The notes under the pieces: model-generated
Database searches by the model: none
What the model saw: the letters and a program-made list of their open reading frames with translations, nothing else
Told to the model about the DNA's origin: nothing
Shown: positions 40,481-49,988 of the stretch, in pieces
Layout of the letters: the number at the start of each line of letters is the position of its first letter
How positions within the stretch are numbered: the first letter of the stretch is position 1
From: Synechococcus sp.
Lineage (GTDB): Bacteria; Cyanobacteriota; Cyanobacteriia; PCC-6307; Cyanobiaceae
Direction: 5' to 3'
Length of the DNA: 64,000 nt
NCBI GenBank assembly: GCA_047285305.1
Contig: JBJBDL010000003.1
Coordinates: forward strand, 448,001 to 512,000
Translations under genes and position numbers: made by a program

Positions 40481-41265
40481 CCACCGCTGAACAAACCGGA
40501 ACCGTTTATCTGGTGGGAGCTGGCCCCGGCGATCCCGAGTTGCTCACGCTGAAGGCGCATCGGCTGCTGAGCCAGTGCGATGCCCTGGTGTACGACTCGC
40601 TGGTGCCCGAGGAAGTGCTGGATCTTGTGCCGGCAACCTGCGAACGCCGTTTTGTCGGCAAGCGTCGCGGACATCATTCGGTGCCACAACCCAGCACCAA
40701 TGCCGTGCTTGTGGAAATGGCCCAGAAGCACAGCACGGTGGTGCGCTTGAAGGGGGGTGATCCCTTCCTTTTTGGTCGTGGAGGGGAAGAAGCCGCTTAC
40801 CTGGCGGAGCGGAACATTCCTGTTCAGGTGGTGCCTGGTGTCACCGCTGGCATTGCTGCTCCTGCTTACGCCGGAATTCCCGTCACCCACCGGCGGGCGG
40901 GGTCATCGGTGACTTTCGTCACCGGCCACGAGGAAATCGACAAGCGCCGTCCTTCTGTGGATTGGCGCGCTCTGGCCGCAGCCAGTGACGGATTGGTGAT
41001 CTACATGGGGCTGCACAACCTGCCTCGGATCGCAGAGGAGCTGATGGCGGGTGGTTTGGCTGCGACAACCCCCGTGGCGGTGATCCAGCAGGGCACGGTG
41101 GCGGGGCAACGCTGCCTCAAAGCCACGCTGGTAGACGTTGCCGATCAATGCCGAGCCGAAGCCTTCAAGTCACCCTCGATCGTTGTGGTGGGTGAGGTGA
41201 TTGATCAGCAGGTTGAAGCCTGCATGCCCACTCCGGCAGCGGTCACGATGCCGATTCCGTTCTGA
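40477..41265 (+). CDS. cobA: Uroporphyrinogen-III C-methyltransferase
   Basis: VGAGPGDPELLT, RLKGGDPFLFGRGGEE, VPGVTAG. Confidence 0.97.
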   Translation: MTTAEQTGTVYLVGAGPGDPELLTLKAHRLLSQCDALVYDSLVPEEVLDLVPATCERRFVGKRRGHHSVPQPSTNAVLVEMAQKHSTVVRLKGGDPFLFGRGGEEAAYLAERNIPVQVVPGVTAGIAAPAYAGIPVTHRRAGSSVTFVTGHEEIDKRRPSVDWRALAAASDGLVIYMGLHNLPRIAEELMAGGLAATTPVAVIQQGTVAGQRCLKATLVDVADQCRAEAFKSPSIVVVGEVIDQQVEACMPTPAAVTMPIPF

Positions 41266-41286
41266 ACAGCTCCGCTCGATTCCGCT

Positions 41287-41784
41287 TTATTCCTTCAAGC
41301 GAGCCCGGAGCTGGGCCAAGTTGCACGGTCGGGTGTCGGCATCGAGTTGAGCCCGGATGAGCCGGTTCCAAGCGGTGCTCACCGCATCAAGAGATCCCGG
41401 CAGCACAAACACAAACGTGCCATTGGCCACGCCGGCAAGGCAGCGGCTTTGCAGGGTGCTGGTGCCGATGCTCTCGAAGGAGAGCACACGGAACAGTTCC
41501 CCGAATCCTTCGATTGTTTTGTCCAGCAGTGGTGCTACAGCTTCTGGGGTGCCATCGCGGCCGGTGAGACCGGTGCCGCCGCTGGTGATCACCACATCAA
41601 CCGCAGGATCGGCGATCCAGCGGCTCAGCTCACGGCGGATTTGATAGCGATCATCCGGGCAGAGTTGTCGTTCCTGAAGGCGGTGCCCCGCTTCTTCAAG
41701 GCTGCGCTGCAGCTGATCTCCGCTGCTGTCGTCCGCCAGGGTGCGTGTGTCGGAGATGGTGAGCAGGGCGATGGACAGGCCCAT
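41287..41784 (-). CDS. moaB: Molybdenum cofactor biosynthesis protein B (MogA/MoaB)
   Basis: LTISD, SGGTGLTGRDGTPEA, LPGS. Confidence 0.93.
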   Translation of the reverse strand: MGLSIALLTISDTRTLADDSSGDQLQRSLEEAGHRLQERQLCPDDRYQIRRELSRWIADPAVDVVITSGGTGLTGRDGTPEAVAPLLDKTIEGFGELFRVLSFESIGTSTLQSRCLAGVANGTFVFVLPGSLDAVSTAWNRLIRAQLDADTRPCNLAQLRARLKE

Positions 41785-41829
41785 GGCACAGCGGCGGAGC
41801 CCTCGGACGCTAGAACCGCTCCAGCTGCC

Positions 41830-42066
41830 ATGGACGTGGTGCTGAAGGTGCTGCTGTTCGCTTCCCTGCGAGAACGCGCCGGTTGGGCCGAGCGTTCCCT
41901 TCCCTTCACACCAGGCGTCTCGACGGCCCGTGAGGTCTGGAATCAGCTGGATCTTGGTCCGCTGGAGGGCATCAGCATTGCGGTGAACCAGGAGTTGGTC
42001 GGCGCCAATCAGCTGTTACAAGCTGGTGATGAGCTGGCCTTTCTTCCACCGTTTACGGGGGGTTGA
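41830..42066 (+). CDS. moaD: Molybdopterin synthase sulfur carrier
   Basis: 78 aa; LLFASLRE, AVNQE, LAFLPPFTGG with C-terminal GG. Confidence 0.93.
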   Translation: MDVVLKVLLFASLRERAGWAERSLPFTPGVSTAREVWNQLDLGPLEGISIAVNQELVGANQLLQAGDELAFLPPFTGG

Positions 42067-42069
42067 AGC

Positions 42070-42498
42070 GTGACCGATTGCCGTGTGGAGGTGTGGTCGG
42101 ATCCCTTTGATCCTTGGCAGCAACTGGCGCTTTGGAGCGGGGATGCCGCGGCCGCGGCGATCTTCATTGGTCGGGTGCGTCCCACCACCATGGATGGCCG
42201 GCCTCTGGAGGCACTTGAGCTGGAGCACTTCCCCGGTCTTTGCGAACGTCAGATCACGGCCATGGCGCAGCGTCTGCAGCAGGAGAACCGGGTGGGGCCG
42301 ATTCTGGTGCTGCATCGGGTGGGCAAGCTCGCCCCCGGTGAGCCGATCGTGCTGGTGGCGGTGCAGGCCGATCGTCGTGGGGCGGCGCAGCGCTGCTCTG
42401 CCGCGTTGTTGGAGCAACTCAAGCACCAGGCCCCGTTCTGGAAGCGGGAGTGGTGCGCGGGTCAGGGCACCTGGCTGGCGGCCAATACGCCGCTCTGA
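42070..42498 (+). CDS. moaE: Molybdopterin synthase catalytic subunit
   Basis: FIGRVR, LEHFPG, HRVG, LKHQAPFWKRE. Confidence 0.95.
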   Translation: MTDCRVEVWSDPFDPWQQLALWSGDAAAAAIFIGRVRPTTMDGRPLEALELEHFPGLCERQITAMAQRLQQENRVGPILVLHRVGKLAPGEPIVLVAVQADRRGAAQRCSAALLEQLKHQAPFWKREWCAGQGTWLAANTPL

Positions 42499-43325
42499 TC
42501 AAGGCGTGGGTGCTGAAGTTGGTAGCCCAACTGTTTGAGCCGGGTGTTGCGGATCCGTCGGCCCCCTGAACCTGGTTCGTCCTGCCCAAGCCAGCGCACG
42601 GGGGCCAGACCCTGGCGCTGCAGGCTGCGCCCCACCAGATCCCGCAGCCGAATCGGCTCGTCGTTGACCACATTCACAAGTCCGGCCCATTCAGCATCGA
42701 GAGCGGCTTCCAGGGCACCGGCGGCATCCGCCACATGCAGCCAGTTGCTGTAGGTCGATCCGCTGCCAGGGCGTTCAAGTCCGGCGAGCCCGCGCAGGCG
42801 TCGATCAAGATCGCGGCCGGGGCCATAGAGCGCCCCGAGGCGCAGGATGCACACCTGCCGGTCGCCGATGCCACTGAGCAGTTGTTCACTTTCCAGCAGA
42901 ACATCGCCATGGCCGCGGCCTGGCGCGGGTGGCGTTTGCTCATCCACCCAGTCCCCCTCGGCATCGCCATACACCGAGCAACTGCCGGTGTAGACGATCT
43001 GCTGCAGGTCCGGCAGTTGTGGCAACAGTGACGTCAGGCAATGGAAGCTGTCGACGAAGGTGTGGCGGTAGCCGTTGGCATCTACCTGACGATCTCCCTT
43101 AGGCCCGAGACAGAACACGGCGTTGCTGCTAAGCCGCAGGGCGTCCAGCAATTGCGCGGGATCGGTGGCGTCACACAGCTCCACCCGATCGGCCAGGGGG
43201 CTGAGTTGCGCCAGCCGTTCGCTGGTGGTGGTGGTCAGCGTCAGCCTCAGCTGGGGGCGTCTTGGTTGCAGCCGCTCCGCCAGAGCGAGCCCCACGTAGC
43301 CGCAGCCAACGATTGTCAGGTCCAT
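42462..43325 (-). CDS. Atypical SDR / NAD-dependent epimerase family protein
   Basis: IVGCGYVG, SCSVYGD, LRLGALYGPGR, NWLHVAD. Confidence 0.85.
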   Translation of the reverse strand: MDLTIVGCGYVGLALAERLQPRRPQLRLTLTTTTSERLAQLSPLADRVELCDATDPAQLLDALRLSSNAVFCLGPKGDRQVDANGYRHTFVDSFHCLTSLLPQLPDLQQIVYTGSCSVYGDAEGDWVDEQTPPAPGRGHGDVLLESEQLLSGIGDRQVCILRLGALYGPGRDLDRRLRGLAGLERPGSGSTYSNWLHVADAAGALEAALDAEWAGLVNVVNDEPIRLRDLVGRSLQRQGLAPVRWLGQDEPGSGGRRIRNTRLKQLGYQLQHPRLDQSGVLAASQVP

Positions 43326-43384
43326 GGCGGGGATGGCTGTTGGGGCGACCCTAAGGAGACAGATCGTTCCATGCCGTCACGGAC

Positions 43385-44182
43385 ATGACCGATCAATGGA
43401 CCCTCAACCGCCGTAATTTCGCGGGCCATTGGCAAGGCTGCAGCCATTGGTTTGAGCGGGACGGCAGCGGTCGGCTGGTTCTGCAGCATCCGACCTGTCG
43501 GATCGACCCCACCACCTACGCCATTTCCTTTTCCGATGACGACCACGGGGTGTGGGATGGATCGGGTCTGGCCTTTGCCCCCGGGGGTCAGGCCACCTAT
43601 CCCATCAGTAGAGCCACCTACAACGCCGGTGGAGGTTGTTGGCAGTTTCCCGGGGCAGGCGGTCAGTCCAGCCTGGGGCTTGATCCCGATCGCCCCCGCT
43701 TCGGCCATGAGATCAACCTGTTCTGCGGTCGTTCCCGCTCGATGCTGGTGCTGCTCTGGGAACCGCTTGACGGCGGCTGGCGTTTGCAGCGTGTTGGGGC
43801 GGTGGGTTTCCGTTGCTTGAACAGCACCGATCCCGAACCCGACCGTCCCGCATGTGGGACACCCGAGGCCCTGCTGGCGCCGGTGCAGGGATGGAGTGGC
43901 GAGCGGCAGATGCTCAGGCCGCAGGCGGGGGTGAACGGCCAGGCGGAGGACGCCACTCCGCTGGTGTTCGATCCAAGCCAGCTGTTGCATAACGATTGCT
44001 CAGCTGTGATGCCCGACGGCTTGGTGTTCTCGGTGCCCAGTGAGCTCCCCAGGGAGCCCTTTAGCCTCGAGATCGGTGGCCGTCTTGGCGCTGCCCTGTT
44101 TCAGCAGATCAGCATCCATTTCAGTGGATCGGGCCAGCTCAAGGCCTGGGAGCGCCGCTGCTTTCAGCCTGATCCGGCTTAG
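43385..44182 (+). CDS. DUF3598-like beta-barrel protein
   Basis: QW..N..N..G.WQG start and a second GWSG repeat, typical of two-barrel DUF3598 proteins (recall). Confidence 0.65.
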   Translation: MTDQWTLNRRNFAGHWQGCSHWFERDGSGRLVLQHPTCRIDPTTYAISFSDDDHGVWDGSGLAFAPGGQATYPISRATYNAGGGCWQFPGAGGQSSLGLDPDRPRFGHEINLFCGRSRSMLVLLWEPLDGGWRLQRVGAVGFRCLNSTDPEPDRPACGTPEALLAPVQGWSGERQMLRPQAGVNGQAEDATPLVFDPSQLLHNDCSAVMPDGLVFSVPSELPREPFSLEIGGRLGAALFQQISIHFSGSGQLKAWERRCFQPDPA

Positions 44183-45429
44183 AAAATCCGCTGACGAATC
44201 AGCTGGGCCCAGAGACGGGTGCCGCTTTCGAGCGGGCCGGCTTCCGCTGGTAGTTCCAGCAGCAGATCGGCCTGTTGCAGGGAACCGATCCGGGACGAGG
44301 CCTGCGAGCCATCCACCCGTGCCAGCAGCGTTCCTGCGGCGTTGGTGTCGAGGCGGGCCCGAGCCAATTCCGGCCGTCCCGGTCGGCGGGACAACGGGTC
44401 GGCGAGTTCCACCATCACCCGGGGGAACAGCTCCGGTTCGCTTTGGCCCTCCAGAACCTGCAGGGCAGGCCAGAGCAGTTGCAGGGCGGTGACCGCCGCC
44501 GCCACGGGATTGCCCGGCAGTCCGAAAAACGGCACGCCCTCACCGATGCTGCCGAAGGCAAAGGGGCGCCCCGGGCGTAGGAACAGTTTCCAGAAGTCCA
44601 CAGCGCCCAGCTCCGCCACCAGGGGTCGGATCCAATCGGTGTCGCCGGCGGAGACGCCACCGGTGCTCACCACCACGTCGCAGTCCTGGGCCAGATCCAG
44701 CAGGGCCTGGCGCAGGGCGTCGGGTTGATCTGCCACCACCCGTCGCTGGGTCACCGATTGCCCGAGGCCCCGGAACATTGTCTCCAGAAGCGTGCCGTTG
44801 CTCTCCCAGATGGCACCGGGTTGCCGCGCTGTTCCAGGTGGCACCAGCTCGTCCCCGCTGATCAGCAGCCCGATGCGGGGTTGCTGAGCAATGGTTAGGG
44901 CGGCGATGCCGCAGCTGGCAAGGCGTGCGAGATCGGCGGCACCGAGGCGCTGTCCAGCGGCCAGCAGCAGGTCTCCCGGTCGGCATTCCTCATCCTCGGG
45001 GCGAATCCAGGGACGATCCGACGCCTCTTTCACCAGCTGGAGGCTGGTGCCGTCCACGCTGATCAGCTCCTGGGGCAGTACCCAGCCGGCACCGTCCGGC
45101 AGTGGAGCGCCGGTGAGGATGCGGATCGCATCGCCGGTGGCCAGGTTTCCGTTGAAGGGCTGGCCGGCAGCGGAGCGTCCCTTCAGCTGCCAGGTGTCCC
45201 CAGGTTCGGGCTGGTGGCTCTGCCCCAAGGCGTAGCCGTCCATGATCGAGGCCCGAAACCCCGGTACGGCAGCGCTGGCCAGCACATCCGTAGCGCTCAC
45301 CCGGCAGAGGGCCTGCTGCAGCGGCACTGTGTTGCTTGCTGTGATCGGCTGAAGCGCCGCAAGAACCCGTCGACGTGCCTCTTCGAGGGGTAGCCCTTCG
45401 CGTCCGTAGGGCTCAGCGTTTCCAGACAC
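44179..45429 (-). CDS. moeA: Molybdopterin molybdenumtransferase
   Basis: [41 protein letters not shown]. Confidence 0.95.
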   Translation of the reverse strand: MSGNAEPYGREGLPLEEARRRVLAALQPITASNTVPLQQALCRVSATDVLASAAVPGFRASIMDGYALGQSHQPEPGDTWQLKGRSAAGQPFNGNLATGDAIRILTGAPLPDGAGWVLPQELISVDGTSLQLVKEASDRPWIRPEDEECRPGDLLLAAGQRLGAADLARLASCGIAALTIAQQPRIGLLISGDELVPPGTARQPGAIWESNGTLLETMFRGLGQSVTQRRVVADQPDALRQALLDLAQDCDVVVSTGGVSAGDTDWIRPLVAELGAVDFWKLFLRPGRPFAFGSIGEGVPFFGLPGNPVAAAVTALQLLWPALQVLEGQSEPELFPRVMVELADPLSRRPGRPELARARLDTNAAGTLLARVDGSQASSRIGSLQQADLLLELPAEAGPLESGTRLWAQLIRQRIF

Positions 45430-45889
45430 CGTTCCGCCCTCCTTCTTTGAACTCCAGCTGGATCGCCTCGATCGTCATGGCTGGATCAACCGCCTTGAGC
45501 ATGTCGTAGAGGGTCAGCAGCCCCACGGACACGGCCGTCATCGCTTCCATTTCCACCCCGGTCTGGCCTGTGGTGCGGCAACGGCAGTGGAGCACCAGGC
45601 CAGGAAGGGAGGCGTCGGCGTCGATTGACACATCCATGCCACTGAGTGGCAGCGGATGGCAAAGGGGAATCAGCTCCCAGGTGCGTTTGGCGGCCTGGAT
45701 CGCTGCCACCCGGGCGACCGCCAGCAGATCTCCTTTCGGTGTCTCGCCTCGCTGGATCAGGCTGAGGGTTGAGGCGTCCATGCGAATGGCGCCACGGGCA
45801 TGGGCTTCGCGGTGGGTGGCCGGACGGTCCCCCACGTCCACCATGTGAACCTCGCCTTGCTGGTTTAGATGACTCAGGTCTTGCGTCAT
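45413..45889 (-). CDS. moaC: Cyclic pyranopterin monophosphate synthase
   Basis: [32 protein letters not shown]. Confidence 0.97.
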   Translation of the reverse strand: MTQDLSHLNQQGEVHMVDVGDRPATHREAHARGAIRMDASTLSLIQRGETPKGDLLAVARVAAIQAAKRTWELIPLCHPLPLSGMDVSIDADASLPGLVLHCRCRTTGQTGVEMEAMTAVSVGLLTLYDMLKAVDPAMTIEAIQLEFKEGGRNGVWKR

Positions 45890-46584
45890 TCGATCAAGCT
45901 GACAACACCGCTGTTGAGTTGGAAACAACCCACCACCAGTTTCAGCGCACCACTGGCTTTGGCCTCAGCCAGAACGGCGCTGCGTTGAATCAAGGTGGAG
46001 GCGCTGGCGAGGGCGTTGCGCCTCACGGCGTCCTCGAGATCGCTGCTGCCGTTGATGTTCTCCCGGATGGGTTGGATCAGCCGCTCCAGGGAGGGGGTCA
46101 GCGGGTTGGCGTCCATCGCCGCCGTAACGGCTCCGCAGCCGCTGTGTCCCATCACCATCAGCAGCGGCGTCTTGAGAACGCTGACGCCGTACTCAATGGA
46201 GGCAATGGCTTCGGTGAATGCGGCGTTGCCGGCGTTGCGGATCACGAACAGCTCGCCAGGGGTGGTGTCGAACACCCAGTTCGGCGAAACCCGTGAATCA
46301 GAGCAGGTGAGCACGGTGGCCCAGGGATGTTGGCTGGTGGCCAACGCCCTGGGGGAGTTGAAGCAGCGCGGGTCGGGATCCGCCGTTCGGGGCGTCGTTC
46401 CGTTGTTTTGCTTGGCCAGGCGCCAGGCCTCGGCAAACCGCCGGTTCCCCGACATCAGGGCCTCGAGTGGATCATTCGGGATGCAGAACCCCTCCTCTGC
46501 TGCCTCAACGGGGCGCGCTTGCATCAGGGCGGCCAAGGCCAGGCCGCCCGTTCGCTGGAGGAAGTGACGGCGCTGGATCCCCAT
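45886..46584 (-). CDS. Beta-class carbonic anhydrase with Tat signal peptide
   Basis: QRRHFL twin-arginine signal, [25 protein letters not shown] zinc ligands. Confidence 0.92.
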   Translation of the reverse strand: MGIQRRHFLQRTGGLALAALMQARPVEAAEEGFCIPNDPLEALMSGNRRFAEAWRLAKQNNGTTPRTADPDPRCFNSPRALATSQHPWATVLTCSDSRVSPNWVFDTTPGELFVIRNAGNAAFTEAIASIEYGVSVLKTPLLMVMGHSGCGAVTAAMDANPLTPSLERLIQPIRENINGSSDLEDAVRRNALASASTLIQRSAVLAEAKASGALKLVVGCFQLNSGVVSLIE

Positions 46585-46636
46585 GCCGGCACCTTATGCG
46601 GGCCGGCTGGTGGTCTGTGCTACGTGGGCAGTGCGA

Positions 46637-46948
46637 TCAGCGCTCGCCGAAGGCAGACCAGAGGGTGGCTTCGGAGCCCACAACAGGCTCAACGGCAGGC
46701 TGGATGGCAGCAGCGGGTTGGGCCGTTGCGGCTGTGTTGGCACTGGCGATGTCGCGCTCGGCCAAGGGAGCCCAGAGAGCGGCAGGACCGGCGATCACCG
46801 GTTCCACGTCAGCGGCACCGGCCTGAACGGAGGCCGTCTGGCTGCGCACCAGTTGCACGGCGAGGGAACCAACGATGAAGGCACCCAGGAAACCTGCGGC
46901 CAGGGTGATGGGGCTGCGGCCGGAAGCGGACGAGATGCTGCTGGTCAC
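46637..46948 (-). CDS. 103-aa membrane-anchored protein with a duplicated motif
   Basis: TM segment ITLAAGFLGAFIVGSLAVQLV; repeats VEPVIAGPAALWAPLAER and VEPVVGSEATLWSAFGER. Confidence 0.75.
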   Translation of the reverse strand: MTSSISSASGRSPITLAAGFLGAFIVGSLAVQLVRSQTASVQAGAADVEPVIAGPAALWAPLAERDIASANTAATAQPAAAIQPAVEPVVGSEATLWSAFGER

Positions 46949-46990
46949 GGCAGAAACTCTTTGAACAGAGCTTCAGTATGGAAAAAATTG

Positions 46991-47036
46991 GTGTGAACGA
47001 CTACGAAATGGGTTGAATTGTGTAGCGGAATTAACA
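46991..47036. promoter_or_regulatory. Two imperfect NtcA-like boxes in the divergent promoter (103-aa gene / narM)
   Basis: GTG-TGAACGAC-TAC (46991-47004) and TGTA-GCGGAATT-AACA (47021-47036). Confidence 0.5.
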
Positions 47037-47226
47037 GTTTCTATGGAATCAAAGCCCTGCATGGGTTGCTGTTGGAGTGCTTCAGCCGTGACCCATCCAT
47101 GGGACATTCCCAGCAACATTCCGAGGGAGAGGGCGAAGCGCACAGGCCGAGATTTGTATCGAGATAAACATCTCTGTTTGCGTGGACTTCCGTTGTCATC
47201 ATTGACACCGATCAAGGCTTTGGTTG

Positions 47227-47694
47227 ATGTCCAGCCGTTGTGATTCCGCCAGCCATTGCTTTGCCTTTGAACAGGACTTCATTGGCAACTGGCGCTGCAT
47301 CCCTCTGTGTGTGCGACGCAAATTGGATCTGTGTGGGGTGAAGTTGAAGCTCAACCACTGGCTTGAGCTTTCCCAGGAGCAACGTCAAGCCCTTGTGGAT
47401 TGGCCGGATGGGGCCGATGCTCTCGAGCAGTTTCGCCAACACCTGCGCGATTGCACGCGCTCCATGGCCGATGGCATGGTCAAGGATCTGCCACCGGTGA
47501 GTGGTGCCCCCTGGCAACAGCAGGAGGAGCTGCCCGCTGTGGTGCAGGAGGCGGCCACAGTGCGGGGTGTGGCGCTGACCCTGGAGCAGTGGACCCAGCT
47601 CAGTGAGCTGGATCGCTTTGCCTTATGCAAGTTGGTTCGGCCTGGGCACGACCACCACAACCTTGAGGCAGCCTTCAGCGAAGTGCTGGTGTAA
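47227..47694 (+). CDS. narM: Nitrate reductase-associated protein
   Basis: FAFEQDFIG..RCIPLCVRRKLDLCGVKLKL..W, RFALCKL.RPGHDHHNL. Confidence 0.88.
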   Translation: MSSRCDSASHCFAFEQDFIGNWRCIPLCVRRKLDLCGVKLKLNHWLELSQEQRQALVDWPDGADALEQFRQHLRDCTRSMADGMVKDLPPVSGAPWQQQEELPAVVQEAATVRGVALTLEQWTQLSELDRFALCKLVRPGHDHHNLEAAFSEVLV

Positions 47695-49906
47695 GCAGCC
47701 GGCGCAGGGCCTCCAATCGTCCTTTCTGCTGTTCAACGGGCTTCACCACCGAGACGGCGGGAGCCACGATCACCGCGCAGGCCTTGAGTTCAGGCTGCTT
47801 TGACACCGGGCAGGCCTCGTCGTGCATGAGGGTGTTGGCTTCGCAGGCTTTCTCCTGGGTGAATCCCCAGTGCATCGGCAGGAAGACCGATCCACGCCGG
47901 ATGCGATCGGTGACTTTCACCGTGGCGGTGAGGTGGCCGCGGCGTGAGCTGATCGCCGCCAGTTCGCCGTTGCGCAGTTTCAACTCCTGCGCGTCACCGG
48001 GGTGAATCTCCAGCAGCGGCTCGGGATGCTGTTTCATCAGCCGTTCCACCTTGCCGGTGCGGGTCATCGTGTGCCACTGGCCCAGGTAGCGGCCCACCGT
48101 GAGCACCAGCGGATAGGTGTCGCAGGGGGGTTCCGCCAGTCCCAGCGGTTGATCGGTGCTGAAGCGGGCGCGTTTGTTGGGGGTGGCGAACAGATGGTTT
48201 TCGTAGAGGCGTTTGGCTTCTGTGGTGGGGCTGCTGCCGCTGGGATAGGGCCATTGCTGCGGTCCTTCGTCTTCCAGCAGCTCATGGCTGAGGCCGCTCA
48301 CATCGCAAAGCCTGCCCTGGGTGAGAGCCGTGAATTCGGCGTAGACCTCAGCCGCTGATTCGAAGTCGAACTGCTCGCTGTAGCCCAGGCGCCGGCCCAC
48401 CTCGGCAAACACCTCCCAGTCGGGACGGCTCTCGCCGAAGCGGCGCCGGTAGGCCGGGCAGTAAGTGACCCGCCGTTCGGAATTCGTCATGGCGCCGGCC
48501 TTCTCGCTCCACTGGGCTGCGGGCAACAGAAGATGGGCGTAGTGGGATGTTTCCGAGTCGGCGTAGGCCTCGCTCACCACCACCAGCGGACACTTCTGCA
48601 TGGCTGACTTCACCCGGTCGAGATCCGGGAGGCTCACCAGGGGGTTGGTGGCGGCCACCCACCACAGATCCAGCGCCTCCTGTTCCATGGCTTCGATCTG
48701 CTGCCAGGCCGCCAATCCGGGCTTGGCGTTGATTCGTCCTGCCGGCAGCTTCCAGGCCTGTTCCACTTCGGCCCGATGTTCGGCGTTGGCCACCAGGCGG
48801 TAGCCGGGCAGCAGGTGGGCCAGGCCTCCGGCCTCGCGTCCGCCCATGGCGTTGGGTTGGCCGGTGAGGGAGAACGGGCCCGCTCCTTGCTTGCCAATCT
48901 GGCCGGTGAGCAGATGCAGATTGATCAACCCCTGCACCACGGCCGTTCCTTCACGGCGTTGGTTCACCCCCATCGACCAGAGGCTGAGCACCTTCTCGCG
49001 CCGGTGGAACAGAGCCGCCACCTCCCGCAGGCGTTTTTCGGGGATGTTGCAGAACAGGGCCACCCGCCTTGGGGTCCAGCGGGCGGCGACGTCAAAAAAG
49101 GCGTCGTAATTCTCGGTGTGGTCGTCGATGAAGGCCGGATCCTGGCCGTTTTCGCGCAGCACCAGGTGGGCAATGCCGTGCAGCAGGGCCAGGTCGCTGC
49201 CCGGTGCAATCGGAAGGTGGATATCGGCTGCCTTGGCGGTGTCGGTGCGGCGTGGATCCACCACCACGATCTTCACGCTGCCGGGGTTTTTGCGTTTCCG
49301 CTTCAGCAGCCGCTGGAACAGCACCGGGTGGCATTCGGCCGTGTTGGTGCCGATCAGAAACGCCACTGTGCAGTGGTCGAGGTCCTCGTAGCTGCAGGGG
49401 GGACCATCGGAGCCCAGGCTGCGGGTGTAGCCCGCCACCGCTGAGCTCATGCACAGCCGCGAGTTGGCGTCGAAATTGTTGGTGCCCAGGGCGCCTTTCA
49501 GCAGTTTCTGGGCCAGGTAGTAATCCTCGGTGTGGAACTGACCGGAGCCATACATGGCAATGCCATCGGCGTTGCCGCGCCGGGCCACGCTCGCCTGGAT
49601 CTGGCCGGTGATTTTGTTGAGGGCGTCGTCCCAGCTGATCGGCGCGAAGTCGTCCTCCAGGGTCGGGCGGAACAGGGGTTGGCGCAGGCGTCCTGGGGCC
49701 AGGGTTTCGCCGACGGTCGCGCCCTTGATGCAGACCTGGCCAAGGCTGGAGGGGTGTTTGCGGTCGCCGCGGGCGGTCCACATCGGGTTGCCCTCGGCAT
49801 CCCTTTTCACGGCCTCACCCTTCACGGCAGGAGGCAAAAGCTCCAAGCCACAACCCACGCCGCAGTAGGGGCACTGGCTGCGCACGCTGCGGGGTGAGTT
49901 GGTCAT
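47675..49906 (-). CDS. narB: Ferredoxin-dependent assimilatory nitrate reductase
   Basis: CPYCGVGC...C 4Fe-4S motif, NSRLCMSSA Mo ligand, GQPNAMGGRE, WHTMTRTG. Confidence 0.97.
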   Translation of the reverse strand: MTNSPRSVRSQCPYCGVGCGLELLPPAVKGEAVKRDAEGNPMWTARGDRKHPSSLGQVCIKGATVGETLAPGRLRQPLFRPTLEDDFAPISWDDALNKITGQIQASVARRGNADGIAMYGSGQFHTEDYYLAQKLLKGALGTNNFDANSRLCMSSAVAGYTRSLGSDGPPCSYEDLDHCTVAFLIGTNTAECHPVLFQRLLKRKRKNPGSVKIVVVDPRRTDTAKAADIHLPIAPGSDLALLHGIAHLVLRENGQDPAFIDDHTENYDAFFDVAARWTPRRVALFCNIPEKRLREVAALFHRREKVLSLWSMGVNQRREGTAVVQGLINLHLLTGQIGKQGAGPFSLTGQPNAMGGREAGGLAHLLPGYRLVANAEHRAEVEQAWKLPAGRINAKPGLAAWQQIEAMEQEALDLWWVAATNPLVSLPDLDRVKSAMQKCPLVVVSEAYADSETSHYAHLLLPAAQWSEKAGAMTNSERRVTYCPAYRRRFGESRPDWEVFAEVGRRLGYSEQFDFESAAEVYAEFTALTQGRLCDVSGLSHELLEDEGPQQWPYPSGSSPTTEAKRLYENHLFATPNKRARFSTDQPLGLAEPPCDTYPLVLTVGRYLGQWHTMTRTGKVERLMKQHPEPLLEIHPGDAQELKLRNGELAAISSRRGHLTATVKVTDRIRRGSVFLPMHWGFTQEKACEANTLMHDEACPVSKQPELKACAVIVAPAVSVVKPVEQQKGRLEALRRLLTPALR

Positions 49907-49912
49907 GCAGGA

Positions 49913-49951
49913 ACCAAAAAAAGAACAAAACCCGGAGCCGAAGCTCCGGGT
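49913..49951 (-). terminator. Strong intrinsic terminator-like hairpin between nrtP and narB
   Basis: mRNA sense ACCCGGAGC-TTCG-GCTCCGGGT followed by TTTGTTCTTTTTTT. Confidence 0.8.
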
Positions 49952-49988
49952 CGTTATGCAGCGACAGGGTGCTGCGGAGGGAGATGGA

